Assembly: GCA_963828165.1 (NCBI GenBank) | Contig: CAWHDR010000001.1 | Coordinates: 1,664,001-1,728,000, forward strand | Source of the DNA: an uncultured Chloroflexia bacterium | GTDB taxonomy: Bacteria; Chloroflexota; Limnocylindria; Limnocylindrales; CSP1-4 | DNA: 64,000 bases | Reading direction: 5' to 3' | Shown: positions 63,426 through 64,000 of the stretch, piece by piece | How positions within the stretch are numbered: position 1 is the first letter of the stretch | Layout: every line of letters starts with the position of its first letter | Notes under the pieces: generated by a model | The model's input: the letters and a program-made list of their open reading frames with translations, nothing else | What the model was told of the DNA's origin: nothing | The model's database searches: none | Position numbers and translations under genes: made by a program

Positions 63426-63764
63426 TCAGTCCGGGCGGACCGTCCTGAAGCAGTCGGAGCAGTAGACCGGGCGATCCATCCGCGGCTTGAATGGGACCTG
63501 CGCCTGGTTGCCGCACGAGGAGCAGACCACCGCGAAGTACTCCCGATCGGGGCGATCCTCGCCGCGCTCGTAGCCGCGCGGACCGCCGATGTCGCGGACG
63601 TCCGAACCACCGTCACGCGCCGCTCGCCGGCTCGCGCGGCAGCTGGTGCAGCGCTTCGGGTCGCTCGAGAACCCCTTCTGGACGTAGTACTCCTGGTCAG
63701 CGGCGGAATGGATGAACTCCACACCACAGTCCACGCAGTTCAGGGTCCGATCGACGTAGGTCAC
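63426..63764 (-). CDS. Zinc-ribbon + CxxC-x17-CxxC domain protein
   Basis: CVDC..F...DQEYY..KGF..PKRCTSC, CSSC..VPFKP..RPVYCSDCF; GTG after GGAGGAG. Confidence 0.92.
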   Translation of the reverse strand: MTYVDRTLNCVDCGVEFIHSAADQEYYVQKGFSSDPKRCTSCRASRRAARDGGSDVRDIGGPRGYERGEDRPDREYFAVVCSSCGNQAQVPFKPRMDRPVYCSDCFRTVRPD

Positions 63765-64000
63765 GATGCTCCTCCGGGACGCGTTGGTCGGCTTGGTGCG
63801 CCACGGAGGCGGCCGCATCGGCGGACGGGAATGCGAGGTCTGGCGAGAGAAGCCGGGCCCGCGCTGACCCAGGTGCCGATGTGGGAGTCCCTGTCTGCGG
63901 GGCGCACCGGTTCTAGTGCGGCGCAGGATACAACGGGTCGAAAATTCGGACATCGCAGGAGCCCGACGGGCTGGCGGTCGTGACAAGCGACCTGTCACAA

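Noticed and set aside
63980-63998. GTGACA-N7-TGTCAC as a CRP site
   Set aside because: Spacing does not fit TGTGA-N6-TCACA and it lies at the window edge without context

Overview
Very GC-rich (roughly 70% by eye) bacterial chromosomal segment with about 60 genes and no integrase, transposase, phage genes or CRISPR array. Gene style suggests a soil/aquatic Chloroflexota or Actinomycetota-like organism (inference only). Main blocks: (1) a ROK-regulated xylose locus (xylR-xylFHG, xylA-xylB, two TTTG-N13-CAAA operators) with a divergent operon encoding a Gfo/Idh/MocA dehydrogenase, an exported vanadium haloperoxidase, a CRTAC1/FG-GAP protein and a degenerate M24 enzyme; (2) PucR-glnN(GSIII)-glnA(GSI), followed by a 2 x 155-bp palindromic tandem repeat and an HTH protein with a possible degenerate nuclease domain; (3) an MtrAB-LpqB-like triad, tRNA-Pro(CGG) and two paralogous small helical proteins; (4) a selenium/formate cluster: fdhD, a split and permuted formate dehydrogenase whose catalytic subunit has an in-frame UGA plus SECIS, an inserted Cys-motif adenylate cyclase, a frameshifted selD, tRNA-Sec, selA, selB and a MobA-kinase fusion; (5) assorted enzymes and transporters. 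Many genes look leaderless, including one divergent pair only 18 bp apart. All calls are from motif reading; no database searches were run.
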